Below, piece after piece: positions 24,651 to 33,294 of a DNA stretch of 42,243 bases (the first letter of the stretch is position 1; each line of letters starts with the position of its first letter). Made by a program: the position numbers and the translations under genes. The stretch spans positions 1 to 42,243 of the IMG/VR virus record IMGVR_UViG_3300044259_000023; one strand, given 5' to 3'. A model generated the notes under the pieces. That model did not search any database and was not told where the DNA came from. It saw only the letters and a list, made by a program, of their open reading frames with translations. The DNA comes from a virus (taxonomy: Duplodnaviria; Caudoviricetes).

Positions 24651-24823
24651 TGTGCGCCATCACTGGATATTACCGTGCAACATCAAGGGCCGACGCGCTG
24701 CGCTGGCTCCTTGATAACAGATTCAGCAACATCAACGGGCACTGGATGGATGGGCAGAATCGGTTTGCCATCATCGAGAAGCTGCCTAGTGGCAGGTTGA
24801 TAGTTAAGATTGGGGTTGCGTGA
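24650..24823 (+). CDS. Hypothetical protein (57 aa; not in track)
   Basis: TGATG-coupled to upstream gene. Confidence 0.5.
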   Translation: MCAITGYYRATSRADALRWLLDNRFSNINGHWMDGQNRFAIIEKLPSGRLIVKIGVA

Positions 24824-24850
24824 TTACTTACCGCTGAGATATATTTGTTC

Positions 24851-24927
24851 CATTAAGTCCAGTTGTTGTTGCTTCTGCTGTCTCCTCCTGTGACATTTTA
24901 AAGCCCCTCGCTTGAGGGGCTTTTTTT
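24851..24927 (+). ncRNA. Putative ~75-nt anti-Shine-Dalgarno small RNA (sRNA-B) ending in a strong terminator
   Basis: TTGCGT-18-TATATT upstream; body AGUUGUUGUU...UGUCUCCUCCUGU; terminator AAAGCCCCTC-GCTT-GAGGGGCTTTTTTT. Confidence 0.55.
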
Positions 24928-24973
24928 GTGGGTTGTGGGATGCGCTTAACCGATCTATCCAACTCACCCTAGG

Positions 24974-25546
24974 TCAGGGAAGCTTTGGCAGTGGAAGGTC
25001 AAGCAGGCCGTTATACAAAGCAAGTGTGGCTGATATGGTCTGCGCTTGCGTGTCGATGGACTCGATCTCGAGCAGGATCTCTTGGTTTGGCTCAATAATC
25101 CATCCGTAACCAGCGACAACCTGCGCAACACCCTGCCCTTGCACTTGGGAATTTCCTTGCAGGATGATATCAGCCGACCACTTCGTTCCAAGTGATGCCG
25201 GGGCTGCGGCCAAGGCATAAAGATCAAAGTCACGCGCAGCAGGCTTACCGGGGCGCAGGCAGTATACCGCCTCTGGGGTTGGCAAGGTTTGCGGCGTGAA
25301 CCCGGTGTAAAATCTGGCAATGATGCCGGCACCGGTAAAGCTAAAGACCCTTGATTTCAGATCAATTGGTAGGGTTCTGGATTTCAGGATGGAGTAAGCC
25401 TTTGAGCCAGCGGCGGCGCTAACTATTCGGCGGCTAGCCACCCACTGAGTGCCGTTCTTTTTGTTTGCTTCGTCGTATGACTGCACTGTTTCAGCTCTGG
25501 TCCCGGAGTACAGGCCGGACGGACCGTTATGTGATGGATATGGCAT
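24974..25546 (-). CDS. Hypothetical protein (beta-rich, possibly virion-associated)
   Basis: 190 aa; RBS GGAGGT. Confidence 0.7.
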   Translation of the reverse strand: MPYPSHNGPSGLYSGTRAETVQSYDEANKKNGTQWVASRRIVSAAAGSKAYSILKSRTLPIDLKSRVFSFTGAGIIARFYTGFTPQTLPTPEAVYCLRPGKPAARDFDLYALAAAPASLGTKWSADIILQGNSQVQGQGVAQVVAGYGWIIEPNQEILLEIESIDTQAQTISATLALYNGLLDLPLPKLP

Positions 25547-25547
25547 G

Positions 25548-25919
25548 TTAGTACCTCCAGAAAGTGATTCGCGCCGTCACAGCGCCGGTTATGCCGCTGA
25601 GCGTCACGCGCCCCTTGCTGGCCCTACCCTCAAACAGAGGTGGCTCGTAAGTGGCTGACACACCAGCCGACGACGCATTGATTACGTTGTGATTTGATGA
25701 CGCCATCCAGCCAGATCCCATCGGGGAGATTTCGACTGACACAACGCCAGCGGTTGGCGCGACCGGTACAGTGCCGGCAGCATCGCTAAAGAATTCAAAA
25801 TATACCTGGCACATCGATGCGCTCGACGCGCTCATGTCGCCAGTGTATAGCACTGCATCGGCGACAGGCAGTACATCACCGCCAGTCGCCGTCAGCACCG
25901 GATAGCGTTCATTTGCCAT
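25548..25919 (-). CDS. Hypothetical protein (beta-rich, possibly virion-associated)
   Basis: 123 aa; RBS TAAGGAG. Confidence 0.7.
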   Translation of the reverse strand: MANERYPVLTATGGDVLPVADAVLYTGDMSASSASMCQVYFEFFSDAAGTVPVAPTAGVVSVEISPMGSGWMASSNHNVINASSAGVSATYEPPLFEGRASKGRVTLSGITGAVTARITFWRY

Positions 25920-26080
25920 AACGACTCCTTATTGGCACGTCACGGTTGCCACAAATGCAACCATGGTCAAGTCTTAATCATATCACGCAGGCCGATAGGC
26001 GGTGTCGCGGATAATGCAGTAGGTTCAAGATGTCAAGACAATGTGCGATAATCCCTCTAGCGCCGAGAAGAGGACCGACG

Positions 26081-26554
26081 ATGACAAACCCAAACAGCCA
26101 CGACCCAGGGGGAGCTTATCAGCTCGGTCGCATGGCTGAGGCTATCGCTCAAAACACGCAGACGCTCACTAAGTTGGTCGAAGCTGTTGATGAAAGCTCC
26201 CGAAGTATTGCGAGGTTGGCAAGCCGGCAAGATCGGATGGAAATAACTATCGAGCAGATCCAAGCCGATAACCGGAAGATGATCAACATCAGCATGACGG
26301 GACAAAAAGATGAGGCTGATGTGCGCAAGCGCATGGAGTGGCTGGACAAAAAATACCAAGAAGAAATCAGTAATGCCGGCATGAAAGAGCACGGGAAAAA
26401 GGTTCTTTACGGCGCCATAGTTGTTGCCTTGTTCTGGTGGATGTTTTCCACCATCAAATCGGCCCTGGTCACTGAATTTGCGGCACAAGCCAGAGAGCAG
26501 ATAACCTCTGGCGATGGTGTCGAGCAAGACGAAAGATCGACGAGGAAGCAATGA
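26081..26554 (+). CDS. Coiled-coil single-TM protein heading the lysis cassette (holin/antiholin candidate)
   Basis: RBS GAGGA; TM segment VLYGAIVVALFWWMFSTI. Confidence 0.6.
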   Translation: MTNPNSHDPGGAYQLGRMAEAIAQNTQTLTKLVEAVDESSRSIARLASRQDRMEITIEQIQADNRKMINISMTGQKDEADVRKRMEWLDKKYQEEISNAGMKEHGKKVLYGAIVVALFWWMFSTIKSALVTEFAAQAREQITSGDGVEQDERSTRKQ

Positions 26555-27111
26555 CGAACAACCGACGAAATGTGATCGTGGCCGGCACTCTAGCGGCATC
26601 AATGGCGGCGGCAATGACCAGCTACTTTGAATCGTCCGGAAAGATGATCCTGACCGCATATCAAGATCAAGGCGGTGTTTGGACTATCTGCGACGGCATC
26701 ACCCGAGGAGTCCGCCCAGGCATGACCGTTACGGAGGACTGGTGCAAGACCGCCAAGCTAGAAGAGCTAGAGCGACACAGCGAGCCACTGACCAAGGTCC
26801 CCTACGAACTGCCAGTGAACATGCAAGTGGCGTGGACCGACTTCTGCTATAACGTCGGCTCGGGAGCCTGCTCAAGATCCACTGGCATGAAGCTGCTGAT
26901 CGCAGGAAAGACCGAAGAAGCATGTGAGCGCATCCTTGATTGGCGCATGACAACCGTTAAAGGACGCAAGGTGGACTGCTCGATAAGCTCAAACGGATGC
27001 AATGGCATCTGGACACGCCGCAAGGCAGAGCGAGACTTATGCGCTGGAGAATTGTCAGTGCGTGACGCCCAGAAAATCTTCTCAGGCTTGCAAGTCGGTG
27101 GCGTCAAATGA
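26551..27111 (+). CDS. Endolysin, GH24 lysozyme with SAR-like N-terminus
   Basis: FE...AYQDQGGVWTICDG, YNVG.GA...ST, RRKAERDLC; Ala/Gly-rich N-terminal anchor. Confidence 0.9.
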   Translation: MTNNRRNVIVAGTLAASMAAAMTSYFESSGKMILTAYQDQGGVWTICDGITRGVRPGMTVTEDWCKTAKLEELERHSEPLTKVPYELPVNMQVAWTDFCYNVGSGACSRSTGMKLLIAGKTEEACERILDWRMTTVKGRKVDCSISSNGCNGIWTRRKAERDLCAGELSVRDAQKIFSGLQVGGVK

Positions 27112-27341
27112 AAGTCAAAGTCAAACCGATCGACAACTGGCGGCAAGGATGGCGGTTCTCCAGCGTCCAGCTGCAAGCAGTCGCCGTGCTCTGTGACACC
27201 CTGGTCGCCGCCATCGTGATCGTCGGAGAGTCATGGCCGGTCAGCCCGCTGTGGTATGTCTGGGGTCGCCTCGGACTGACCGTCGTGAGCATGGCCGCCC
27301 GATTCATCGCACAGGAGAGCCGACATGCCGACATCGATTAA
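27108..27341 (+). CDS. Putative holin (2 TM)
   Basis: DNWRQGWRFSSVQL...ARFIAQ; located between endolysin and spanins. Confidence 0.7.
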   Translation: MKVKVKPIDNWRQGWRFSSVQLQAVAVLCDTLVAAIVIVGESWPVSPLWYVWGRLGLTVVSMAARFIAQESRHADID

Positions 27342-27813
27342 GCCGTGGCTGTACCTCGGCGCTGCACTCTTGCTGGCCGCCACCCTGGTCTTCGCATACC
27401 ACAAGGGCCACGCGTCCGCCGACGCTGCGTGGGAGCTCAAGGTCACCAAGCTAAAAGCCGATCAGGAAGCGCAGGCCCGCGAGGTCGAGCGCAATACTCA
27501 GTCCAAGATGGAGAAGATACAAGATGCTGCCGAAAAACAGATCGCCCTGGCTCGCACCGATGCTGCTGTCGCTGACGCTGCTGCTGACAGCCTGCACAAG
27601 CAAGCCGCAGCCTATGCTCGCCGACTGTCCAGCTGTTCCACCACTGCCGGCAGCGGCCAAGCAGACGGACGAGGGGCCGCTGTGCTCGCCGACTTGCTCG
27701 AGCGCGCTGACAAGAGAGCGGGAGAGCTGGCAGCGGCTCTTGACCGAAGCCGAGTAGCAGGCGCGGCGTGTCAGGCGGCCTATGACGGGGTGCGCCATGC
27801 TGCTGAAAATTAA
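27325..27813 (+). CDS. Inner-membrane spanin (Rz-like, DUF2514-type)
   Basis: N-terminal TM, coiled coil, VLADLL.RAD.RAGELA...D.SR.AG.ACQ.AYD. Confidence 0.85.
   Translation: MPTSIKPWLYLGAALLLAATLVFAYHKGHASADAAWELKVTKLKADQEAQAREVERNTQSKMEKIQDAAEKQIALARTDAAVADAAADSLHKQAAAYARRLSSCSTTAGSGQADGRGAAVLADLLERADKRAGELAAALDRSRVAGAACQAAYDGVRHAAEN
27524..27757 (+). CDS. Outer-membrane spanin lipoprotein (Rz1-like), embedded
   Basis: Lipobox LTA-C, Pro-rich mature part; alternative frame entirely within the i-spanin gene. Confidence 0.8.
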   Translation: MLPKNRSPWLAPMLLSLTLLLTACTSKPQPMLADCPAVPPLPAAAKQTDEGPLCSPTCSSALTRERESWQRLLTEAE

Positions 27814-27994
27814 CGCGGTGGCCTACAATGTGCGCTATGTGCTCGAATGCACCACCATTCCAGCAGTGCGCACCGGCAACGCGCTGATCGTTCCGGCCGA
27901 ACACGCGGCGGCGTGCCGATACCTGGCCTGCGGCGAAATAGTTGATGTGACGCCGGATGACGTTGAGAAGTATGAAAAAGAAGGCCCGCATTAA
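27797..27994 (+). CDS. Hypothetical protein
   Basis: 65 aa, last gene before terminator. Confidence 0.5.
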   Translation: MLLKINAVAYNVRYVLECTTIPAVRTGNALIVPAEHAAACRYLACGEIVDVTPDDVEKYEKEGPH

Positions 27995-28004
27995 GCGGGC
28001 TTTT
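27981..28004. terminator. Terminator between convergent lysis and tail operons
   Basis: AAGGCCCGC-ATTAA-GCGGGCTTTT. Confidence 0.75.
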
Positions 28005-28006
28005 CA

Positions 28007-28564
28007 TTAGACCGGATCGACCGGGTTCAGTGTGAACACGTATTTCTGTCGGCCTTTATTGCCACCAGTCGCCAGCCCGATTATCTTCCATCCAAATCGA
28101 AAGTAGAACAGCCGCGCTCTGAATTGCCACCGCCAAAACTTGAACGCTGGGATCGAGCGCGCTCTGCAGCTAAATTCGAAATGCCCGTCGTCCTGCCAAA
28201 TGAACCACCAGCCGATCCCCTTCTGTGTTTCCGGCGTCAGGCTCCCGCGCCAGTGGTATGCCAGTGTTGACGGATAGTATGCCAATACAGTCCACGCGAA
28301 ACCATAAGCTGGGTTGCGAGCAAGCCACCTGACACGCCTGTAATACTGTGGGTACTGGTCAGGTGGGAAATCCTTGGCAAACCCCGAGTCACCGTCCAGC
28401 GGCGCATCCGGCGTCTGGAACCAACTCAACCAGCTGGGCAGCGTATCGCGGCCAATGGCGAACAAAGGCAGAATTGGAGACAGGAACCAGCACACAAGCC
28501 CCATCAGCAGGTGAAGCGGCAGCAGCGTGAAATACTGAGCCATTCGTAACGCGATCATCATCAC
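28007..28564 (-). CDS. Membrane-associated phage protein
   Basis: N-terminal TM; LPSWLSWFQTPDAPLDGD...WLARNPAYGF motif, often found next to tail fibre genes. Confidence 0.7.
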   Translation of the reverse strand: MMMIALRMAQYFTLLPLHLLMGLVCWFLSPILPLFAIGRDTLPSWLSWFQTPDAPLDGDSGFAKDFPPDQYPQYYRRVRWLARNPAYGFAWTVLAYYPSTLAYHWRGSLTPETQKGIGWWFIWQDDGHFEFSCRARSIPAFKFWRWQFRARLFYFRFGWKIIGLATGGNKGRQKYVFTLNPVDPV

Positions 28565-28597
28565 CCCTCAGAATAACGGCCCCGAAGGGCCGCTCTG

Positions 28598-28711
28598 TTA
28601 AACTGGTTGCTCGTACCCACATACCGGGCAGACCCAGTACCACAGTCCGTCCGACTTTTGCTGCTTCACCATTCTGGTTGAATCACGGATACATCTTACA
28701 CTGATAGCCAT
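28598..28711 (-). CDS. Small Zn-ribbon-like peptide (37 aa; not in track)
   Basis: MAISVRCIRD...WVCPVCGYEQPV; start immediately after the upstream TAA. Confidence 0.5.
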   Translation of the reverse strand: MAISVRCIRDSTRMVKQQKSDGLWYWVCPVCGYEQPV

Positions 28712-29029
28712 TTAACTTACCCCGTATTTGGTTTTTAGTGCCGCCACATCGGCGTCGTACTGCGCGTCGAGCTCGGCGATTTCCGACTCAACATCTTCTT
28801 TGCGTACAGTTTCTTCCGTGCCGTCCGCTACAGCAGCGCGCAGCCATGCGGCGCATAGCGTGTCGCGGTCGGCGTTGTATGGTGCGGTGAGGGCTGTTAG
28901 CTCTTGGGCGTATGTGAGCACTGGCACCAATACAGGCTGCGTCCCACTGAACACCTCACCTGGCAACAAGTCATCAATAGAGTCAATGGCTCGCCAGCCA
29001 GTACCGGTAGAATTTATTGCGTAACTCAT
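28712..29029 (-). CDS. Tail fibre assembly/chaperone-like protein
   Basis: Directly downstream of tail fibre; WRAIDSIDDLLPGEVF motif. Confidence 0.6.
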   Translation of the reverse strand: MSYAINSTGTGWRAIDSIDDLLPGEVFSGTQPVLVPVLTYAQELTALTAPYNADRDTLCAAWLRAAVADGTEETVRKEDVESEIAELDAQYDADVAALKTKYGVS

Positions 29030-30465
29030 AATGTATCCATCCATCCCACGACAATTAACTTGGAAGAGCTTGACGAAGATCCATAATATACATTTTGTGA
29101 TTCAAGAGTTATCCATCCGTTGGTGACAATTAATGTAGAGGTCGCCTGAGCATTGGCAAAAAGACATGGGCCATCGGATCCTGATGGTAGCGGCCATGCA
29201 GAGGACGGTGATAACATCGACGCCGTGTTGTTGAATGTTCCTGACAAAATAAAATTTGCGCTGACTGCGGTGTCTGGAACAAATTGAGAAATATTAACGG
29301 CGGTGTACGACGATAATGAGCCAACGATTCCAGAGGCGGCAGCGCGAGGCTGAGTAAGATTAGTCCCTGCATTAACCCTGTAAGTGATATGGCAACCATT
29401 TTGCAAAAAGGAAAATGGATATTTATTTGCAGTGGCATCCGTCCGAACCCAACCAACACGGCGGCGATATGTGTACCCTGAAGGCATTGTCGGCGCTGTT
29501 GATGATAGGCTAAGCAGTCCAGCAACGGTTGTGCCGTTGGAAATCACCCACACGCTATACCACGCGCTGGCGGCTGATGTTCCAGCATCCAGGCCGTTAG
29601 CACCGGATACTGTCAATGATGGAAATACCGATACCGAGTTAACCAGCAGTGGTGGGGCTCCAGCTGTAGAGTCTAGGGCAATCTGGTCTGCTGTGACAGT
29701 TACAGTTGCGGACGTGCCCGTGGCTGACGCTTTCAGATTGCGCAGACCTCCAACAAGGCCCAAATTAGATAGGGTCTGACCAGTACCAAAAACCCACCAC
29801 GCCGCGCCTGTGCTTACTGCGAGCACCTCCGTCCCTGCTGGCACAAGCAGGGATGTCACAGATGCGTTGCCCGCCTGCATTGCTCCTCCGCCGGAAACTG
29901 ACAGCGTAAACCCTGCTGAAGTATGCAGCTTATAAGCTCCGCCGGAAGCGATTCCGGATGCGGCTGGGAGCGCTACAGTCGATGCAGTCGCGGTGAATAG
30001 AAACGCTTGCCCAGCTTGCGCTGGCGTTAATGTGGTGGATGATGCGGTTACAGTTGTGGCATTGGCGTAACTTCCGGCCGAGTCGGAAATCCAACCTGCG
30101 CCGCCAGAGTCAGGGTTTGTGGTGTTGCTTGCTGTGATGTTACGCCAGAATCCCATTCCGCTTGCCTTGGCAAGCATTGCACCAAGCGGGTACCCACCGA
30201 TGGCTGTTGATAGCTCAGAGCTGTAAGTGGGGTGCCCGCCAGCTTGCATATACTGCAAAATTTGCGTTATATCAAAAAATATCCCGTTGAAATCTTGGCC
30301 AAATGGGGGAATGCCGCCAGCCTCCTTTGCGGTCATATTAATGGCTGGGAATCCTTGGTCGTAACCGGCCTTACCCGTCACTGGGTTGGCTGTGCTTGGG
30401 ATTGCGTTCCTGAGACCGCTAGTTGCCCACGGCGTCAAGATTTTACTGGGTTCAGATACCGACAT
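29026..30465 (-). CDS. Tail fibre / receptor-binding protein
   Basis: N-terminal GFP.I.M...AGGIPPFGQDFNG...IGGYP.GA.L anchor; Ser/Thr/Gly-rich distal part. Confidence 0.85.
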   Translation of the reverse strand: MSVSEPSKILTPWATSGLRNAIPSTANPVTGKAGYDQGFPAINMTAKEAGGIPPFGQDFNGIFFDITQILQYMQAGGHPTYSSELSTAIGGYPLGAMLAKASGMGFWRNITASNTTNPDSGGAGWISDSAGSYANATTVTASSTTLTPAQAGQAFLFTATASTVALPAASGIASGGAYKLHTSAGFTLSVSGGGAMQAGNASVTSLLVPAGTEVLAVSTGAAWWVFGTGQTLSNLGLVGGLRNLKASATGTSATVTVTADQIALDSTAGAPPLLVNSVSVFPSLTVSGANGLDAGTSAASAWYSVWVISNGTTVAGLLSLSSTAPTMPSGYTYRRRVGWVRTDATANKYPFSFLQNGCHITYRVNAGTNLTQPRAAASGIVGSLSSYTAVNISQFVPDTAVSANFILSGTFNNTASMLSPSSAWPLPSGSDGPCLFANAQATSTLIVTNGWITLESQNVYYGSSSSSSKLIVVGWMDTL

Positions 30466-31102
30466 TGATCAGGTCTCCGTTGGCGAGCAAGGTTCCCTGC
30501 CCGAATGGTTGTGAGCTGTCGCCAGCCTCAAAAAATCCAAATGTTTCAGCTGGAGCAGTTAGCACTGTCGCCAGCACTCCACCTGGCCTTGGTAGCGAGT
30601 CTGATTTTATAACAGACACCTCCCAAGGCTCCAGCTTGAACTCAAACACATAGCGGATCGCCATGTTTTGCATGTCATTGACCCAGCATCGCCCTCGACC
30701 TGGGAATAACTCTTGCAGCACGCGATTAAGTCCTGGCATTGTTGAGTCACTGATATTTGACATGGCCTTAGTCAAAATCAGTGTGCGAAATGCTTGGTCG
30801 GCTAGCTCGTAAGTCTGAGTTTCTGCAGCTCCAGCATAAAACGTCCCGTTTCCGAACGTTTGCCATGACTGATTGATGGCGTCATTAAAGCCAAAATAAT
30901 CGCCGCTTTCAATCTTAAGGTAGCGGCCATTTTCCAGACCAACAATCCGCCCCCAGATATCAAGCCCAAAGCCCTGCGCAGTGTCTACATTCCACACGGC
31001 GCTATAGAAATCATCCACCCACGAAGCGGAAAAATACTCAGTATGGTAACTAATTAGCTGCTTAATGCGTGGCGATGCTGCGTACTCGCGCATGGAGATC
31101 AT
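30452..31102 (-). CDS. Baseplate protein (DUF2612-type)
   Basis: YAASP...VWNVDTAQGFGLDIWGRIVG...LPRPGGV. Confidence 0.85.
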   Translation of the reverse strand: MISMREYAASPRIKQLISYHTEYFSASWVDDFYSAVWNVDTAQGFGLDIWGRIVGLENGRYLKIESGDYFGFNDAINQSWQTFGNGTFYAGAAETQTYELADQAFRTLILTKAMSNISDSTMPGLNRVLQELFPGRGRCWVNDMQNMAIRYVFEFKLEPWEVSVIKSDSLPRPGGVLATVLTAPAETFGFFEAGDSSQPFGQGTLLANGDLINVGI

Positions 31103-32316
31103 GACAGAACCACCTCGATATTACTCTCGCTGATTGTGGGGGCCTGATCTATGCCAACCGCAACGGAGTCAAGCGTTGCTGTAGTTGTCCCGACGCGAAC
31201 AGATAGCACCTGCACGGCATTTGAGATCTGCGCGATAGCGCCATAGTAGTTTGATGCGTAAACCTCACCTCCGATCCGAGCGCGTTGGAACCCGTTTTCG
31301 CCGTTGAACGTTGCGATGACTGACGCCTTAACAAGATCGGTGATGTCTGATGGCAGCGCCGACGAGTTGCGCAGAGTCACTTTGACTTTAATGGGCATCG
31401 ATGCTGGCCGCTCGAATGAGATCTGATATTCAGGGTATGGGTAGCCTACGTCACTTTCAGTGTCCTGCACTGTCACTGATGTGTTTCCGGTCAGGTTGCA
31501 ACCGCCGTCCTTTTTTTTGTATATGGCGGTGGCAACATCAGCGTCAGTGCCGCCGGCAACGGCGACATAAACGCAGTGGGCTGGAATGGAGTATGCGGTT
31601 GACCCTACCGCAACCGCTGCGCCGGTGAAATTATCATAGGCGTAAACATCGATGACGCCATCGACATCCCACACCGATCCGCGAATCGCCGGGGCTGACC
31701 CTTGAGCATTTTTCGCCACAGAGGCAAACCGGCGCGCCTCGAACTCGGCGCGAGTTTCTACGGCTGTGCCAGTCACCGCCGCCCCGGCATTGCTGATGGC
31801 GTCCCATCCCGCCGAGGCTTGGGCGATTCGATTCAACTCCCCCGCCCCAAGCTCAATGGGGCCTGCTGTGGTGCAGGCAAACTGCACATCGACCACTCCT
31901 CCAGTGGGAAATGTAACGTCACCACTGGACGCCCAGTAGTAGCCGCTTTCGTCCCGCGCCAGTGCCCCAGCAGAAAGCACGGCTCCAGGCTGACCAGTGA
32001 CGGTAGCTTGCACCACCGACGACGTTGCCCCCTTGCGATCCTGGAAGTAAATCCGACCGATAGCGTCCTGCATGCGCCCCTCGCTGGTCGCTGGGTCAAC
32101 CCCAGCAATCACGGAGGCAACAGCGGCGTTGGCATCGGTGATATTTTGCGTCAAGTTGTCGGCCAAATGGGCTTGCGGCGTGGCGCTGCTGGTGATGTTG
32201 AGGTTACCACCAAAAGCCACGTTATAGTCTGCCAGCGCGCCGGCTCGAATGGCTGTGGCCTGCGGCACGGTAACGCCCTGATATGTGATCGTTAATTTCG
32301 GTACGCTGCTAGACAT
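31099..32316 (-). CDS. Baseplate J-like wedge protein
   Basis: TPQ, DP..SEGRMQDAIGRIYF.DRK.AT, ETRAEFEARR motifs. Confidence 0.9.
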   Translation of the reverse strand: MSSSVPKLTITYQGVTVPQATAIRAGALADYNVAFGGNLNITSSATPQAHLADNLTQNITDANAAVASVIAGVDPATSEGRMQDAIGRIYFQDRKGATSSVVQATVTGQPGAVLSAGALARDESGYYWASSGDVTFPTGGVVDVQFACTTAGPIELGAGELNRIAQASAGWDAISNAGAAVTGTAVETRAEFEARRFASVAKNAQGSAPAIRGSVWDVDGVIDVYAYDNFTGAAVAVGSTAYSIPAHCVYVAVAGGTDADVATAIYKKKDGGCNLTGNTSVTVQDTESDVGYPYPEYQISFERPASMPIKVKVTLRNSSALPSDITDLVKASVIATFNGENGFQRARIGGEVYASNYYGAIAQISNAVQVLSVRVGTTTATLDSVAVGIDQAPTISESNIEVVLS

Positions 32317-32653
32317 TGATGGTTGTCCCGTCTGTCAATGTTATTTGGATTTGCCCAGTAACGCCGCGAGCCTGATCGTAGTTTAGTGCCGGCGTGGCCG
32401 ACGCGACATCGGGAACGCGAAGCGCCTCTTCCTGATACCACGCCGCCAAAGTTGCCTGCGCCGGACGCTGGCCCAGCACGGATGATTCGTAAGGTACGCC
32501 GTCGCTTGTGCTGTATGGGGCCTCGCCACGCCACAGTAAAGTCTGGCTTGCCACGTCCTGCGCTACCGCATAGGCAGATGATGCAGTAGCAATGTTGCCA
32601 GAGGCGTCCACATCCAGATCCCATGTGTCAGGGTTGAGAAAAATCGTGTCCAC
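32309..32653 (-). CDS. Baseplate wedge/sheath initiator protein
   Basis: WDLDVDASGNIA...YAVAQDVAS...GE..Y....GVPY. Confidence 0.75.
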   Translation of the reverse strand: MDTIFLNPDTWDLDVDASGNIATASSAYAVAQDVASQTLLWRGEAPYSTSDGVPYESSVLGQRPAQATLAAWYQEEALRVPDVASATPALNYDQARGVTGQIQITLTDGTTINV

Positions 32654-32661
32654 ACGGTCTC

Positions 32662-33294
32662 CTAGTTGGCTTTTGTCAGGGTGGTTATCTGATCGGTTCC
32701 AGCCTGCTGCGTGGGTGTTGGGCCACCCCCGTGCGTGTGGCTGTTGAACAGCGCGATAAACCGCTCGTCCACCAACGCTCGCACTTCGGCGCCAGTGTCA
32801 CCAAGTTTAACACCAGATGAGTTGTGAACCAAAATCCCGCCTCCGGTGATCTGAATGTAACTGGTTGGTGTGCCATTGAGAAAGCCCCCAATGTAGAGTG
32901 CGTCGCTGAAATGATGGCTGCGCCAACTTCCTGGCGGCGCCTGTTTTTTGGATGACTTGACTGCCGAGATGTCGCGGGAGCAGAAGCAGGCCATGCCGAT
33001 ATCGCCTGGTGATGGATCAACTATCACCGCATTGGTGCCGCCCTGCAAGCGGAAGTACGGCACATTGCTGATCACCCCGTGTTGTACCGTGTTGCCCTGT
33101 CCGTCAACCATGTCCACCAAAACAGTAATGTCAACCACACCGACAGGAGATGCGCCAGTATTTCTCACGGCATCCACGCGCACCGGAAGCGACGTCTGCA
33201 ACTGCAACATGGCCTGCTGGATGGCGAATTGTAGGCTGTTGACGCCTCCATCAAAATCAGTTGGCTGTGATAGTGGGTGGTTGGTATCTGCCAT
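32662..33294 (-). CDS. Baseplate central spike protein
   Basis: NVPYFRLQGG.NAVI.DP..GDIG...RDIS; C-terminal HTH (His-Thr-His) metal-binding tip. Confidence 0.85.
   Translation of the reverse strand: MADTNHPLSQPTDFDGGVNSLQFAIQQAMLQLQTSLPVRVDAVRNTGASPVGVVDITVLVDMVDGQGNTVQHGVISNVPYFRLQGGTNAVIVDPSPGDIGMACFCSRDISAVKSSKKQAPPGSWRSHHFSDALYIGGFLNGTPTSYIQITGGGILVHNSSGVKLGDTGAEVRALVDERFIALFNSHTHGGGPTPTQQAGTDQITTLTKAN

Noticed and set aside
28007-30465. Diversity-generating retroelement or invertible tail-fibre switch
   Set aside because: No reverse transcriptase, no invertase, and no template/variable repeat pair or flanking inverted repeats seen
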